Source of the DNA: Candidatus Omnitrophota bacterium
GTDB taxonomy: Bacteria > Omnitrophota > Gorgyraeia > 2-01-FULL-45-10
Length of the DNA stretch: 64,000 nucleotides
Direction: 5' to 3'
Assembly (NCBI GenBank): GCA_041648975.1
Contig: JBAZNZ010000008.1
Span: 5,110-69,109 of the forward strand
Shown here: in pieces, positions 17,381 to 27,086 of the stretch
How positions within the stretch are numbered: position 1 is the stretch's first letter
Layout of the letters: every line of letters begins with the position of its first letter
Translations under genes and position numbers: made by a program
The notes under the pieces: model-generated
Databases searched by the model: none
What the model saw: the letters and a program-made list of their open reading frames with translations, nothing else
What the model was told of the DNA's origin: nothing

Positions 17381-20300
17381 TTATCCCCAGCATATAGGAT
17401 CGAAATCGCACATCCCGCATTTTTTATCGTCCCGCATGACCAGCTTCTCAAACCGCAGGCCCCGGATGTCTCCCGCTGCTTGCTTGATGAGCTCTTCGAG
17501 GGAATCCACCATTTCGTCCGAAATGGCCACCGACTTTGTGACATAGTCGCCTTTTTTATAACCCTGTGCTTTCAACGGCGTCGAGACCGGTTCTATGAAT
17601 ACGAGGGCTCCATGGCTTACATGCATGCCCCTTGATTCTTTTTTATCTCTTTCGAAAAGCAGTTTATAGCATACGAGCTGTCTTAAATAACCATCGCACT
17701 CGGGATCTGAGGGGTCACGCGACTTTTCTATGTCGCGAAGGTGATTATCGGGTTTTCCCGTCTTATAATCGAGTATTCTCACTAATCCGGCTTTTTTGTC
17801 TTCGGGCTCGACCTTATCGTATTTACCGGTAAATATTATGTTATCCCCGACTGTTATGAGCAGCTTCTTCTCGAGCCCTATCGGCATAACGGGATCCTTT
17901 GAAGCGATCTCGAACCAGCCTTTGAGAGTATCGGACTTGTTTAAACAGTCGCGCTCCATAACCTCGTCGACACCCTGAAAAGAAAGTTCGCTCTTGAAAC
18001 ATTCCAGAAAGAAAGAAAAGTTCGGAAATTTTCTATTCTTCATGAATGCTTTATAGGTATCTTCCAGGGCCTTGTGGACGCAATTCCCGAATACCAGGCT
18101 CTTCTTCTTCGGGCCGGGGAGCTTTAATACGTCATTGTATAAGAATTTTCGCCTGCATGTCATATATGTATTGAGCCTTGTCGGATTCAATGTCAAGTTC
18201 CCGATCATGTCCTTCAGAACCTCTTCGGTCCCGACAAAAGGATCGTTAAGGTCCGTGGTCTCCAGCGATTTTTCGAGGAGTTCCTCTTCCTTGACATTCT
18301 CGGGAGATTCCTGCGCTATGTCCAAAGCGCTTAAATAGCGGCTGGGAACCGCGTCCTCCGTCGGGCTGGCTGTGAATATCAGACGCGACTTTGCCCTGGT
18401 AACCGCCACATAGAAGAGCCTGGTCTCATCCTGTAAAGCAAGCTCTTTAAGTTTCTCCTTCCCCCGCACCTCCTCTTTAGATTTAAAAAGATCGGACGGA
18501 AGTATGATCATATCGGGACGCGGCCTGGAAGGCCAATTCTTATTGTGCAGGCAGAACGGTATTATGACGGAATTGAATTCCAGTCCTTTTGAGCCGTGCG
18601 CAGTATAGACCCTGACGCCGGCCTGAGTTAAGGTCACGAGATTACCCTGAACGGCAAGGCCGTGCTCTTTCCGAGTCTTCATCTCAAGCATGAAGTCATC
18701 CAGCCTTATCGCGGGGTTTGCCACGTCGCTCGCCTTTACCATATTCACGAAAGAGGTGAGCCCTCTGAGCTGACGGATCTTAAGGATATCGTTACCGTCA
18801 TATTCGGAAAGTATATGCTTGAATATACCGGCCTCTTTAACGAAATCCATCAATATCGTATGGACGGACCTCGTGCGCGAATCTGTCAACAGCCTGTCTA
18901 TTACACCAGCGGCATGCTTAAGCCTGTCCGACTCCTGGAATTTCAACTCTTTATCGTCCCTGGAGAAATATCTCAACAATTCTCCCAGAACGGTTACCCT
19001 CCCCTTTCCCTTCTTCGCGTTAATAGCGTTTACATGGCTTAAGAACGTCAGGACGTCCGAATGGGGTATGCGGAAATAGTCCGCCGTGAGGACCTTGTAA
19101 AGGGCAAGGTCCTTTAATCCGTGCTCTCCGGGGTCTATGTAGGCCAGGTCAAGGACATCGAGAAGCTGTTTGACGCGCTTTTCCCCGCTTATATCCTCTT
19201 TACCATCGGTAGCGTAAGGGATCCCGGCCTTTAAAAAAGCGTCTATTATCTTGAGTATATCACTCCGCTTCCTTACGAGGATGGCTATATTATTGTAAGG
19301 ATGGGCTCGCTCTTCTTCCGGCAGATTCCGGTCGGCTTCGATATGATCCTTCAGCTCCCGGACCTTGTCTACGATATACAGCAGTTCTTCTTCGGAGGTT
19401 GTGAATTCCCTGAATAATATCTCTGTGTTTCGGTAATCCTTTTTTGCTTGCAGGGTCTTTTCACCCATACGTTCCGCGTGGGGTATAAGGTTAATTATCC
19501 TGCCGGATATATTTATCAGCTCTTTGGATGATCGGTAATTTTCTTTAAGAGAAATTACCGAAATACCGGGAAACTGCTTGCATAAAAGCTTAAAATTACC
19601 TACGCTGGCGCCCTGGAACCTGTAGATGGACTGGTCATCGTCGCCGACGCAGGCAAGGTTCGATCCTTTTTTGCCGAAAAGGGTGAAAAGCAGTTTCAGC
19701 TGCGCGCCGTTCGTATCCTGGTACTCATCCACCATGATATATTTGTATTGGTCGCGGTACTCTTCGCGCAGGGCAGTCTCTTTCTTGAGTGCCTCTGTGG
19801 CAAATATTATCATATCGTCGAAGTCATACCTTCCGCGTTCATCGAATATATCTTTTGACTTGCCCGCTTTTAGCTCTTCGTACCTGGCGTAGACTATTGA
19901 GAACGCGCGCAGTCGTTTTACGTATTTATCATCGAGTTCCTTATACAGGCTCTTAGCGTCTTTCAGGTAATCGTCAAGTTCCCGCGGTGTTATGCCGTCT
20001 TTTTTCAGGTCTCCTATTTTATTCAGTATCTCCTTTAAATAAGTATACGGCGCCCTGAACGGGCGTATGTCATCTACGCCCTTTGTATTGTCAAGTATAT
20101 ACTCGATGACCCTCATCCGTTCGACGTCATCCATCTGTATCCTGTCCTCTACATAATTGGCGGCGTCTTCAGACTCCTGGATGATAGAGTTGGCGAAACT
20201 GTGGAAAGTGCCGACTTCGACATCATATCCCTGAGGGCCTATGACGGCGGCGAGGCGCTCCTTCATTGCCTTGGCGGCTGAATTTGTATATGTCAATATG

Positions 20301-20476
20301 AGGATATTCTCGGGCCTTGCCTTTCCGCTTTGCAGTATAGAGCCCGCCCTTACGGAAAGCAACTGTGTCTTTCCGGTGCCGGGGCCTGCCAGTACCAGCA
20401 AGGGGCCTTCAACAGCGTCAACGGCCGATCTTTGCAGCGGGTTCAATTGATTATAGAATTTAATATATTCTTTCAT
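17381..20476 (-). CDS. UvrD/PcrA-family helicase fused to a C-terminal PD-(D/E)xK nuclease with a 4-Cys Fe-S cluster (AddB/Cas4-type)
   Basis: Walker A is GPGTGKTQ. UvrD motifs run through the N-terminal 700 aa. The C-terminus carries Cys in YMTCRRKF, then GKYDKVE, ILDYKTGK and QLVCYKLL, and ends CGMCDFDPIC. Confidence 0.8.
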   Translation of the reverse strand: MKEYIKFYNQLNPLQRSAVDAVEGPLLVLAGPGTGKTQLLSVRAGSILQSGKARPENILILTYTNSAAKAMKERLAAVIGPQGYDVEVGTFHSFANSIIQESEDAANYVEDRIQMDDVERMRVIEYILDNTKGVDDIRPFRAPYTYLKEILNKIGDLKKDGITPRELDDYLKDAKSLYKELDDKYVKRLRAFSIVYARYEELKAGKSKDIFDERGRYDFDDMIIFATEALKKETALREEYRDQYKYIMVDEYQDTNGAQLKLLFTLFGKKGSNLACVGDDDQSIYRFQGASVGNFKLLCKQFPGISVISLKENYRSSKELINISGRIINLIPHAERMGEKTLQAKKDYRNTEILFREFTTSEEELLYIVDKVRELKDHIEADRNLPEEERAHPYNNIAILVRKRSDILKIIDAFLKAGIPYATDGKEDISGEKRVKQLLDVLDLAYIDPGEHGLKDLALYKVLTADYFRIPHSDVLTFLSHVNAINAKKGKGRVTVLGELLRYFSRDDKELKFQESDRLKHAAGVIDRLLTDSRTRSVHTILMDFVKEAGIFKHILSEYDGNDILKIRQLRGLTSFVNMVKASDVANPAIRLDDFMLEMKTRKEHGLAVQGNLVTLTQAGVRVYTAHGSKGLEFNSVIIPFCLHNKNWPSRPRPDMIILPSDLFKSKEEVRGKEKLKELALQDETRLFYVAVTRAKSRLIFTASPTEDAVPSRYLSALDIAQESPENVKEEELLEKSLETTDLNDPFVGTEEVLKDMIGNLTLNPTRLNTYMTCRRKFLYNDVLKLPGPKKKSLVFGNCVHKALEDTYKAFMKNRKFPNFSFFLECFKSELSFQGVDEVMERDCLNKSDTLKGWFEIASKDPVMPIGLEKKLLITVGDNIIFTGKYDKVEPEDKKAGLVRILDYKTGKPDNHLRDIEKSRDPSDPECDGYLRQLVCYKLLFERDKKESRGMHVSHGALVFIEPVSTPLKAQGYKKGDYVTKSVAISDEMVDSLEELIKQAAGDIRGLRFEKLVMRDDKKCGMCDFDPICWG

Positions 20477-20507
20477 ATATTCAAGGGGGTGTTTTTATCT
20501 TGCGGGC

Positions 20508-20768
20508 CTATTTTTTCTTAAGGAGCTTTTCTATCTGCGATATGAGCTTGCTGTCACGCGTGTAGCTGTAACCCGTAGTAGACGTTGCGCGATGAGCAAC
20601 AAGGATATTTGATTTAACAAGGTCTTCGAGGGCGTCCTTTACCTTGGCGCGCTCACCTCCTACCCAGGTTGCCACTCCTCTTGGTGTATCTATAGAAGCC
20701 TGGTTTTCATGAAAAAACCTTATTATCTTTACGTGTGTCTCGGATTTGGCAATTTTATCGATATCCAT
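20508..20768 (-). CDS. Small winged-helix protein, a putative transcriptional regulator
   Basis: VKIIRFFHEN...SIDTPRGVATWVGGERAKVKDALEDLVKSNILV resembles a wHTH. The start is taken at the internal ATG to avoid a 29-nt overlap with the HD-GYP gene. Confidence 0.4.
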   Translation of the reverse strand: MDIDKIAKSETHVKIIRFFHENQASIDTPRGVATWVGGERAKVKDALEDLVKSNILVAHRATSTTGYSYTRDSKLISQIEKLLKKK

Positions 20769-20796
20769 CCCGCTCTTTCCTCCAGGTTTGAAGATC

Positions 20797-22356
20797 CTAA
20801 TGTGTCCTGTATAACTCCTTTTCAAGCATCGACCTTATATCTTTTCTGTTCATGACTTTCAGGAATACATCCACTACTTTCGGATCGAATTGCGTACCGG
20901 AGTTTCTCCTTATTTCTCCTATGGCCTCGTCTATCGTTTTTGCTTTTCTGTAAGGTCTTTTTGTTATCATTGCCTCAAACGCGCTTACCAAAGCCATTAT
21001 CCTCGCGCCAAGCGGTATCTGGTCCTTCCTTAATCCCTTGGGATAGCCGGAGCCGTCATAATGCTCGTGATGATATAATATTATCGGGACGACCGTTTTT
21101 AACGCCTTCATGTGCTTGATTATCTCGACCCCGACAATTGGATGCTCCTTAACTATCTCATACTCTTTGCCGGTAAGCTTCGTCGGTTTGGAAAGCACCT
21201 TGTCAGGCACTACTATCTCGCCGGCGTCGTGCAGGATGGCCGCGTATTCGAGGCTCTTCAGGTCTTCCCCTTCCAGATGCAGCTCCTGCCCCATACCGAG
21301 GGTTATCTTCAGGAATGACGCCTGTGGAACATAGGTGCCGGGCGCGCGCGTATCGAGCACTTTCGCCAGCGCTTTGATACTGCCCATCGTAAGTCTCTGC
21401 TGGTCCTTGTAAAGCTCCGCGTTCTTAATAGCGATTACCGCCTGTTCCGCCATGGTCGCCATTATTTCCTGGTCGAATGCGGTGAACGGTTTATTGTCGA
21501 CTTTATCGTAAAGGGTTATAACCCCTATCACGTCCTCGTCTATTAATGGTGTTGCCAGATAGTTCTCGCCCCTTATGGGCCTTCCGAACTTCACCGCTTT
21601 GCCGGGAGCCCATTTTCCTACCCGGACCTTTTTTAAACGGGATTTCTTTTCTCTGAGATCTACCGTCGCTTTAGGCAGGAGCGTCCTTCTCTTCGCGTCG
21701 ACCAGTTTTATAGAACACCTGTTCGCTCTCATGATCTGCAATGACAGCCTGGCGATCCGGGGAAGAAGCTCATTTAAATCCAGCGTAGAGCCTATAAGCC
21801 TGTGGACCGTGTGAACGGTGGATAGGGCAATGGCGCGAGGCCGTATTGTTTCATACAACTTTGACAGCTCAAGCTCCTTCTGGACTTCCCTTACGATCGT
21901 ATCCGTGAATGCGGTAAAGACATCGAGCAATTGTTCTGAAACGTCCTTTTTTGCATAGCATACGCCTAAATAACCATACAGCCTATCGCCCTGTACGAGA
22001 GGATACACGAAACCGTGAAGGCCGTCGGCGCATTCGAACCTGGTTAGAACCCTCGTCTCCGAAGCCTTCTTGATTATGCACAAAATGGTATCAATGCATT
22101 TTTTCCTGTTGCCTGTATCGGATCTTTTGTAGCATTGGCAGTTGCCCTGGATAACCGTTTCCAGGTCGGAATATTTGGGATTTGGTTTTTCGACTAGCCA
22201 CCAGGTAGTAGGTTTTATGATGCAGCCTATGCATTCCTCTTCCTTCTTCAGGCCCACGCTCCTTCTCAGCCTGTCGAAGAGCTCATTCTGGTATGTACTA
22301 TCTCTATTTTCTTTCATCTGAGAGTTGATTATAGTGCTGTTTTTGACGCATGTCAA
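20797..22356 (-). CDS. GAF-domain HD-GYP c-di-GMP phosphodiesterase with a Cys-rich N-terminal module
   Basis: AAILHDAGE (the HD motif) and HHEHYDGSGYPKGL (the HD-GYP motif). Upstream are GAF-like regions and an N-terminal CIGC...CQC...C cluster. Confidence 0.8.
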   Translation of the reverse strand: MTCVKNSTIINSQMKENRDSTYQNELFDRLRRSVGLKKEEECIGCIIKPTTWWLVEKPNPKYSDLETVIQGNCQCYKRSDTGNRKKCIDTILCIIKKASETRVLTRFECADGLHGFVYPLVQGDRLYGYLGVCYAKKDVSEQLLDVFTAFTDTIVREVQKELELSKLYETIRPRAIALSTVHTVHRLIGSTLDLNELLPRIARLSLQIMRANRCSIKLVDAKRRTLLPKATVDLREKKSRLKKVRVGKWAPGKAVKFGRPIRGENYLATPLIDEDVIGVITLYDKVDNKPFTAFDQEIMATMAEQAVIAIKNAELYKDQQRLTMGSIKALAKVLDTRAPGTYVPQASFLKITLGMGQELHLEGEDLKSLEYAAILHDAGEIVVPDKVLSKPTKLTGKEYEIVKEHPIVGVEIIKHMKALKTVVPIILYHHEHYDGSGYPKGLRKDQIPLGARIMALVSAFEAMITKRPYRKAKTIDEAIGEIRRNSGTQFDPKVVDVFLKVMNRKDIRSMLEKELYRTH

Positions 22357-22380
22357 TAGGCTTAAGGCGCATTGCCCGGT

Positions 22381-23532
22381 TCACACCCTCTCATACGGTT
22401 CGAAAAACTTCTTGTATTCGTCGAGCGCGTACCGATCCGTCATGCCCGCTATGTAATCGCAGATTACGCGGTGCTTATCTTCTTTTTTCAACCTGCTCTG
22501 TGTGGTCGGAGGAAGCTGCTCCGACTTATCGAGGTAGATATTGAAAAGGCTCGTGATAAACCTGTATGCTTTGCTCGACATCCTGACTACCCTGTAATGC
22601 TGATAAAGTTTCTCCATGAGAAAATCGCGGATCGCTTTTCTAAGCGGCTGCATCTGTTTTGACGAGGCAACCACCCTCTCGGGTATCTTTACAGTATCCT
22701 GCGGCTTCCGTATCTTGAACTTTTTAATATTGTATTCTGTCTGGTTCAGGACGTCCGTCACCTGGCAGTCGATGAGAGCGCGGATGATCTGGTATTTCCT
22801 TATCTCGTCCTTCAGATGCGGGTACATCTTCCTGACTTCCTTATCCTTTTCGGTCCATAGCCTGACCCGCCTTAAGTCCTCTTCCTTTACGAGGGCGCTC
22901 GTTATGCCGTCGTCGAGGTCGTGGTTGTCGTAAGCTATCTCGTCGGCGATGTCCACTACCTGTATCTCCAGTATCGGCGAACCCTTTGATTCAAATGGTA
23001 TAATAGGCCGCGGCCTGTCATAAGGCGTCGAGTGTTTTATTATGCCTTCCCTCACTTCATAGGTAAGGTTTAGCCCGGGGAAATCAGGATACCTCTCTTC
23101 GAGATGATCCACTACCCGCAGCCCCTGAGCATTGTGGTCGAAGCCGCCGCGCTCTCTCATTATTTCATGAAGCGCGTCCTCGCCGGAATGGCCGAACGGC
23201 GTATGCCCGAGGTCATGCGCCAGGCTTATAGCCTCTACCAGGTCTTCGTTGAGACGAAGCGCGCGCGCAATGGATTTTGCGATCTGCGCGACCTCCAGGG
23301 TATGGGTCAGGCGCGTCCTGTAATAATCGCCTTCATGGTTCACAAATACCTGGGTTTTATATTCGAGGCGCCTGAAAGCGGTAGAATAGATTATCCTGTC
23401 CTTATCACGCTGATAGCAGGACCTGTATGGATGTTCTTCTTCCTTATAGTGCCTGCCTTTAGTAAGGCGGCTCTTCTGCGCGTAAGGCGACAGCAATTCT
23501 TCTTTCTTCTCAAGATCTCTTCGTTTCTGCAT
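22381..23532 (-). CDS. dgt: dGTP triphosphohydrolase-like HD-domain protein
   Basis: YRTRLTHTLEVAQIAKSIARALRLNEDLVEAISLAHDLGHTPFGH, the hallmark of dGTPase/Dgt. Confidence 0.8.
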   Translation of the reverse strand: MQKRRDLEKKEELLSPYAQKSRLTKGRHYKEEEHPYRSCYQRDKDRIIYSTAFRRLEYKTQVFVNHEGDYYRTRLTHTLEVAQIAKSIARALRLNEDLVEAISLAHDLGHTPFGHSGEDALHEIMRERGGFDHNAQGLRVVDHLEERYPDFPGLNLTYEVREGIIKHSTPYDRPRPIIPFESKGSPILEIQVVDIADEIAYDNHDLDDGITSALVKEEDLRRVRLWTEKDKEVRKMYPHLKDEIRKYQIIRALIDCQVTDVLNQTEYNIKKFKIRKPQDTVKIPERVVASSKQMQPLRKAIRDFLMEKLYQHYRVVRMSSKAYRFITSLFNIYLDKSEQLPPTTQSRLKKEDKHRVICDYIAGMTDRYALDEYKKFFEPYERV

Positions 23533-23552
23533 TTGACGGCCCCTTGCGAGCC

Positions 23553-24020
23553 CTATTTTGTGCGCAGCAATTTGAAGACTGCGTCAAGCGATTCCGATAA
23601 TATCTTGGCGCCGGCTGTTACCGGCATGAAGTTGACGTCGCCTGTCCATCGCGGAACGATATGTATATGAAGATGCCCCGGAAATCCGGCCCCGGAGACC
23701 CTGCCTATGTTCATCCCGATATTAAGTCCATGCGGCTTCATCTTCTTATTTATGTTCGATGTGACCCTATTTACCAGCTTCATCAGGTCGAGCAGTTCCT
23801 CGCCGGACAGGCATTCCAGGCTCTTGACATGCCTTAGCGGCGCTACCATGACATGGCCGTTGTTGTAGGGGTAGATGTTTAGCATGGCAAAAGAATGGCT
23901 CGATCTGGCGATGATATGATATTTTTTGTCTTCGGCCTTCTTATCTATGCAAAAGACGCACTTTTTGTTCTTTTTGAGGTGCATATATTTACTTCTCCAT
24001 GGCGCCCATAATCTATCCAC
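23553..24020 (-). CDS. HIT family protein, GalT/Ap4A-phosphorylase-like branch
   Basis: MDRLWAPWRSKY N-terminus and the GHLHIHIVPRW histidine triad. Confidence 0.7.
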   Translation of the reverse strand: MDRLWAPWRSKYMHLKKNKKCVFCIDKKAEDKKYHIIARSSHSFAMLNIYPYNNGHVMVAPLRHVKSLECLSGEELLDLMKLVNRVTSNINKKMKPHGLNIGMNIGRVSGAGFPGHLHIHIVPRWTGDVNFMPVTAGAKILSESLDAVFKLLRTK

Positions 24021-24031
24021 GTCTATTCCCT

Positions 24032-24859
24032 TTATTTTTTAACAATAGTTTTCTCGTTCTCAAGCTTGGCACGCGCGTCCTCGAAGAACGGCTTAGCGAA
24101 TTCCGTAGGCCATGTCCGTTCCTCGAATGACCGCTCGTTAACCGTCTTAAGGAATTTCTTAAAGTCTTCAATATAGCTTCCGTATATATGGAAGCTATCG
24201 CTTATATCTACGTATCTGCCTACGCGGACCTCAGCGCCCAGCCCCTTAGATATTTCTTCGGCGATGACCCGTTGAAGGTCTGTAAGCGCAAATATATTCA
24301 TGAAGCTGGCTTTGTAGGCGTCCCTTGACCGCCAATGCGTATTCATGTTAAGCGCATATTTGCCGTCGGGAAGCTTCGTCAGCCGGCACCATATGCGTTG
24401 AAGGCACGGCGGGTCGTCGGTCAGCGGATCCGTTCCCGGATTCCATGTTATGCCCTGGGCCCTGCGTGAATACGGCGTCTGGATAAGCTTTTTAATGATG
24501 TAGTCGATCTGGTCAATGTCCATACCGTCCACTCTGAAGTTGGCCAGCCGCTGGTGGTATGTGTATGTCCATTTCCCTTCTTCAGGTTTTATCCAATAAT
24601 CGTGTATGCCAAGGACGACCTCCTGGCGGTATATCTCAAGGTCTTCCAACCCGCCCGGGAAAGCCCTATGTATCCTCGGCTCGCTCATAGGCTCGGAGAC
24701 GACCATTATCATTGTGCAATCCCGGCTCATCGGGTCGTCCGTTTTGTCGTATTCCGTCTTGATGTTCAGGCCGTCTTTCCAGGCAGCCATGACAGCTTTT
24801 TCCCACGCTTCCGGTAATGTTCGGCCCTCAACTTTTATTACAGGTATCTCATTTATCAT
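24032..24859 (-). CDS. Thymidylate synthase family protein, divergent ThyA-like
   Basis: DQIDYIIKKL..SRRAQGITWNP...PPCLQRIWC...SFHIYGSY aligns with E. coli ThyA DQITTVLNQL..SRRIIVSAWN..APCHAFFQFY..DTHLYSNH. The N-terminal 100 aa lack the DRTGTGT loop. Confidence 0.6.
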   Translation of the reverse strand: MINEIPVIKVEGRTLPEAWEKAVMAAWKDGLNIKTEYDKTDDPMSRDCTMIMVVSEPMSEPRIHRAFPGGLEDLEIYRQEVVLGIHDYWIKPEEGKWTYTYHQRLANFRVDGMDIDQIDYIIKKLIQTPYSRRAQGITWNPGTDPLTDDPPCLQRIWCRLTKLPDGKYALNMNTHWRSRDAYKASFMNIFALTDLQRVIAEEISKGLGAEVRVGRYVDISDSFHIYGSYIEDFKKFLKTVNERSFEERTWPTEFAKPFFEDARAKLENEKTIVKK

Positions 24860-24916
24860 GTCTACTCCTGAATTAAATGTAAAAGGCTTATACTTTTAGC
24901 TTTTGACTTTTTCCTC

Positions 24917-25402
24917 TTACCTTAATTTTATGATCTTGCCTTCTATCTTCTTGTCCGTTATTTCCAATATCCCGTAGGAATTCACTGTCGCAAAGACTTT
25001 GTCGGTCGGGCTTCCGGGATTGAAAAACAGGATGCCGTCTTTAACAAGATTTAAGGGTATGTGGGTATGGCCGAATACGATGGCATCTACATCGGTAAAC
25101 TCTTTCTTAACTGCCTGCAACATATCGTTCGGCGCGCCATAACCGTGTATCAGGCCGATCTTGAATTTTCCGGCCTGTATCACCTCTTTTCGGTTCAATA
25201 GATCGCCAAGGTTCATGGCATCCATATTTCCGTACACCGCCGTCGTCTCTTTCATTCCTTTTAGTTTCAGGTAAAAATCCTTTTCGATGAAATCACCCGC
25301 ATGTATGATCATGTCCGCTTCGGATATCGAATCATATATCTCTTTCGGCAGGTCTTGCGTTACCCGCGGAATGTGGGTATCCGACAGCACTACTATCCTC
25401 AT
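24917..25402 (-). CDS. YfcE/MJ0936-family metallophosphoesterase
   Basis: MRIVVLSDTHIP...IIHAGDF...GHTHIP. The start overlaps the upstream stop as ATGA. Confidence 0.8.
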   Translation of the reverse strand: MRIVVLSDTHIPRVTQDLPKEIYDSISEADMIIHAGDFIEKDFYLKLKGMKETTAVYGNMDAMNLGDLLNRKEVIQAGKFKIGLIHGYGAPNDMLQAVKKEFTDVDAIVFGHTHIPLNLVKDGILFFNPGSPTDKVFATVNSYGILEITDKKIEGKIIKLR

Positions 25403-27084
25403 AAAATGGCTATCCTTTTTTCGCCATAAAAATTCAACAACGTATTGGCGGTAGATGAATCCCATACGGATATCTTCAATTCCTTGGCGAGAAGTTTTGC
25501 GTTCTCGTCTATACCTTTCAGCGATATCATCACTTTATTGGATACTTTTAAACTAGACGACTTCACGTTCTTTATGTAATTTATAACGTCATTTTCGGTG
25601 ATGTCATGCTCGTATGGCTGCACGATCCAAACGTTGCCCCTGAACGAACACGATATGTAAAGTTTGGAGTCGGGAAAAGTCCTTACTTCGACTCTGGTGA
25701 AATGAGGAAGCCGCACATTTTTCGCCTCGATCGTTACGAGCTCATTCCCGAACAGGTTGAAAAGCTCGGCTAGACGCTGGGGCACTCCCTTCTCTAATTC
25801 TTTCAGGAAATGGTCCAGACACTCCCTTATGTCGCCGGCAAACAGGGCCATCTTATCGAAGGCCCCGTCTACAAGCAGGTCTTTCCTTCTTTGGTAAACG
25901 TATTTCAACCAGAATTCGAGCATCGCATCGTCTATCCTGAAGAATACGCCGTTCTTTGAAATAAGTCCGAGCTCCGAAAGGAAATCGACGCCTTTAGATA
26001 TGTCGGTCTTCTTCGCCTTAAGGGCATGGGCGATATCAGCCTGTTTATTGCGGCCGTTGGCGATAGCTACGAGGATAGATATATAGTTGTCCCTGTGCCG
26101 CGTGTCCAACAGATTCAGGATAAAATTGAGCAGATACTGGTGAATTATGCCGTTAGCATTATAAACGAGGTCGAGGATGGCGCCGCCCAGGACCTCCCTG
26201 TCAACATAGCTCGACATGCGTTCAAGCGCGAGATCTTTTGCGCGAGACGCTATTTTGTCCAGGTAGAAAGGATTTCCGTCGGTAAGCGTGATAAGGAACT
26301 TCTTTAGCGGGGGTTCAATGTCGACCCCGCCCAATTTCATATCGATGAATTCGCCTGACGTTCTCAAGTCAAAGTTGGCCACCCTGACCACTTCGAAATT
26401 ACCGAACAATAACGACAGCTTCTCGGTTATGATCTTTTTGATGGCCCTGTTGCGTGAGCTCGATACTATATACATCGTATCTTTCTGCACCATGATAACC
26501 TTCCCGAAATTCAGGAAAGGATTTTTTATGCCCAGGAGCTCCAGGTTGTCGAATTCGTCCAGTATGACTATGCAGGATTGCCCGGATTCTTCTTTCATGA
26601 CGGACGTCAGCCCCAAGAGACCCATGTACGCCTCATCGAGCTGACCGTGATCCGAATATGAATTTACATGTTTTATGGCAAGGCTTGTTTTTGGGAATAC
26701 ATCCCTCGCCCTTTCCAGAAGGGCATCCATTTCGACGGGCACATCTTCTCCGGCCTTGACCAGAGAGTTGTAGAGCATGGTCGCTATGAACTTATTCGAG
26801 AAGGACCTGAAGTTCTCTCTTACCACCTCGACATATACCGGCACGAAACCTTCTTCCTTTATCGTATGGAGGAAATGGAGTATTATGGAGGACTTTCCCG
26901 CCAGACTCTGGCCTGTGAGCGCTATATTCTGCCTGTACCCGTCTTTAAGGGCCCAGACACGCTTATTGAGCAGATCGAGTATCTCCTGTCGACCAAAAAA
27001 TCTCTCGCCTATTGTCGGTTCACTGAACATGAAATAAGCTTTCTCCGCCGAAAGCGGATCCGCCAATATTTTTGGCGGAAGCAT
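25399..27084 (-). CDS. AAA+ ATPase of the archaeal-ATPase type (PF01637-like) with a DUF234-like C-terminal domain
   Basis: FGRQEILDLLNKR...NIALTGQSLAGKSSIILHFL (Walker A) and IVILDEFDNL (Walker B). The last 110 aa or so (VEVRTFPDSKLYISCSF...) may be endonuclease-like. Confidence 0.7.
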   Translation of the reverse strand: MLPPKILADPLSAEKAYFMFSEPTIGERFFGRQEILDLLNKRVWALKDGYRQNIALTGQSLAGKSSIILHFLHTIKEEGFVPVYVEVVRENFRSFSNKFIATMLYNSLVKAGEDVPVEMDALLERARDVFPKTSLAIKHVNSYSDHGQLDEAYMGLLGLTSVMKEESGQSCIVILDEFDNLELLGIKNPFLNFGKVIMVQKDTMYIVSSSRNRAIKKIITEKLSLLFGNFEVVRVANFDLRTSGEFIDMKLGGVDIEPPLKKFLITLTDGNPFYLDKIASRAKDLALERMSSYVDREVLGGAILDLVYNANGIIHQYLLNFILNLLDTRHRDNYISILVAIANGRNKQADIAHALKAKKTDISKGVDFLSELGLISKNGVFFRIDDAMLEFWLKYVYQRRKDLLVDGAFDKMALFAGDIRECLDHFLKELEKGVPQRLAELFNLFGNELVTIEAKNVRLPHFTRVEVRTFPDSKLYISCSFRGNVWIVQPYEHDITENDVINYIKNVKSSSLKVSNKVMISLKGIDENAKLLAKELKISVWDSSTANTLLNFYGEKRIAIL

Positions 27085-27086
27085 TC

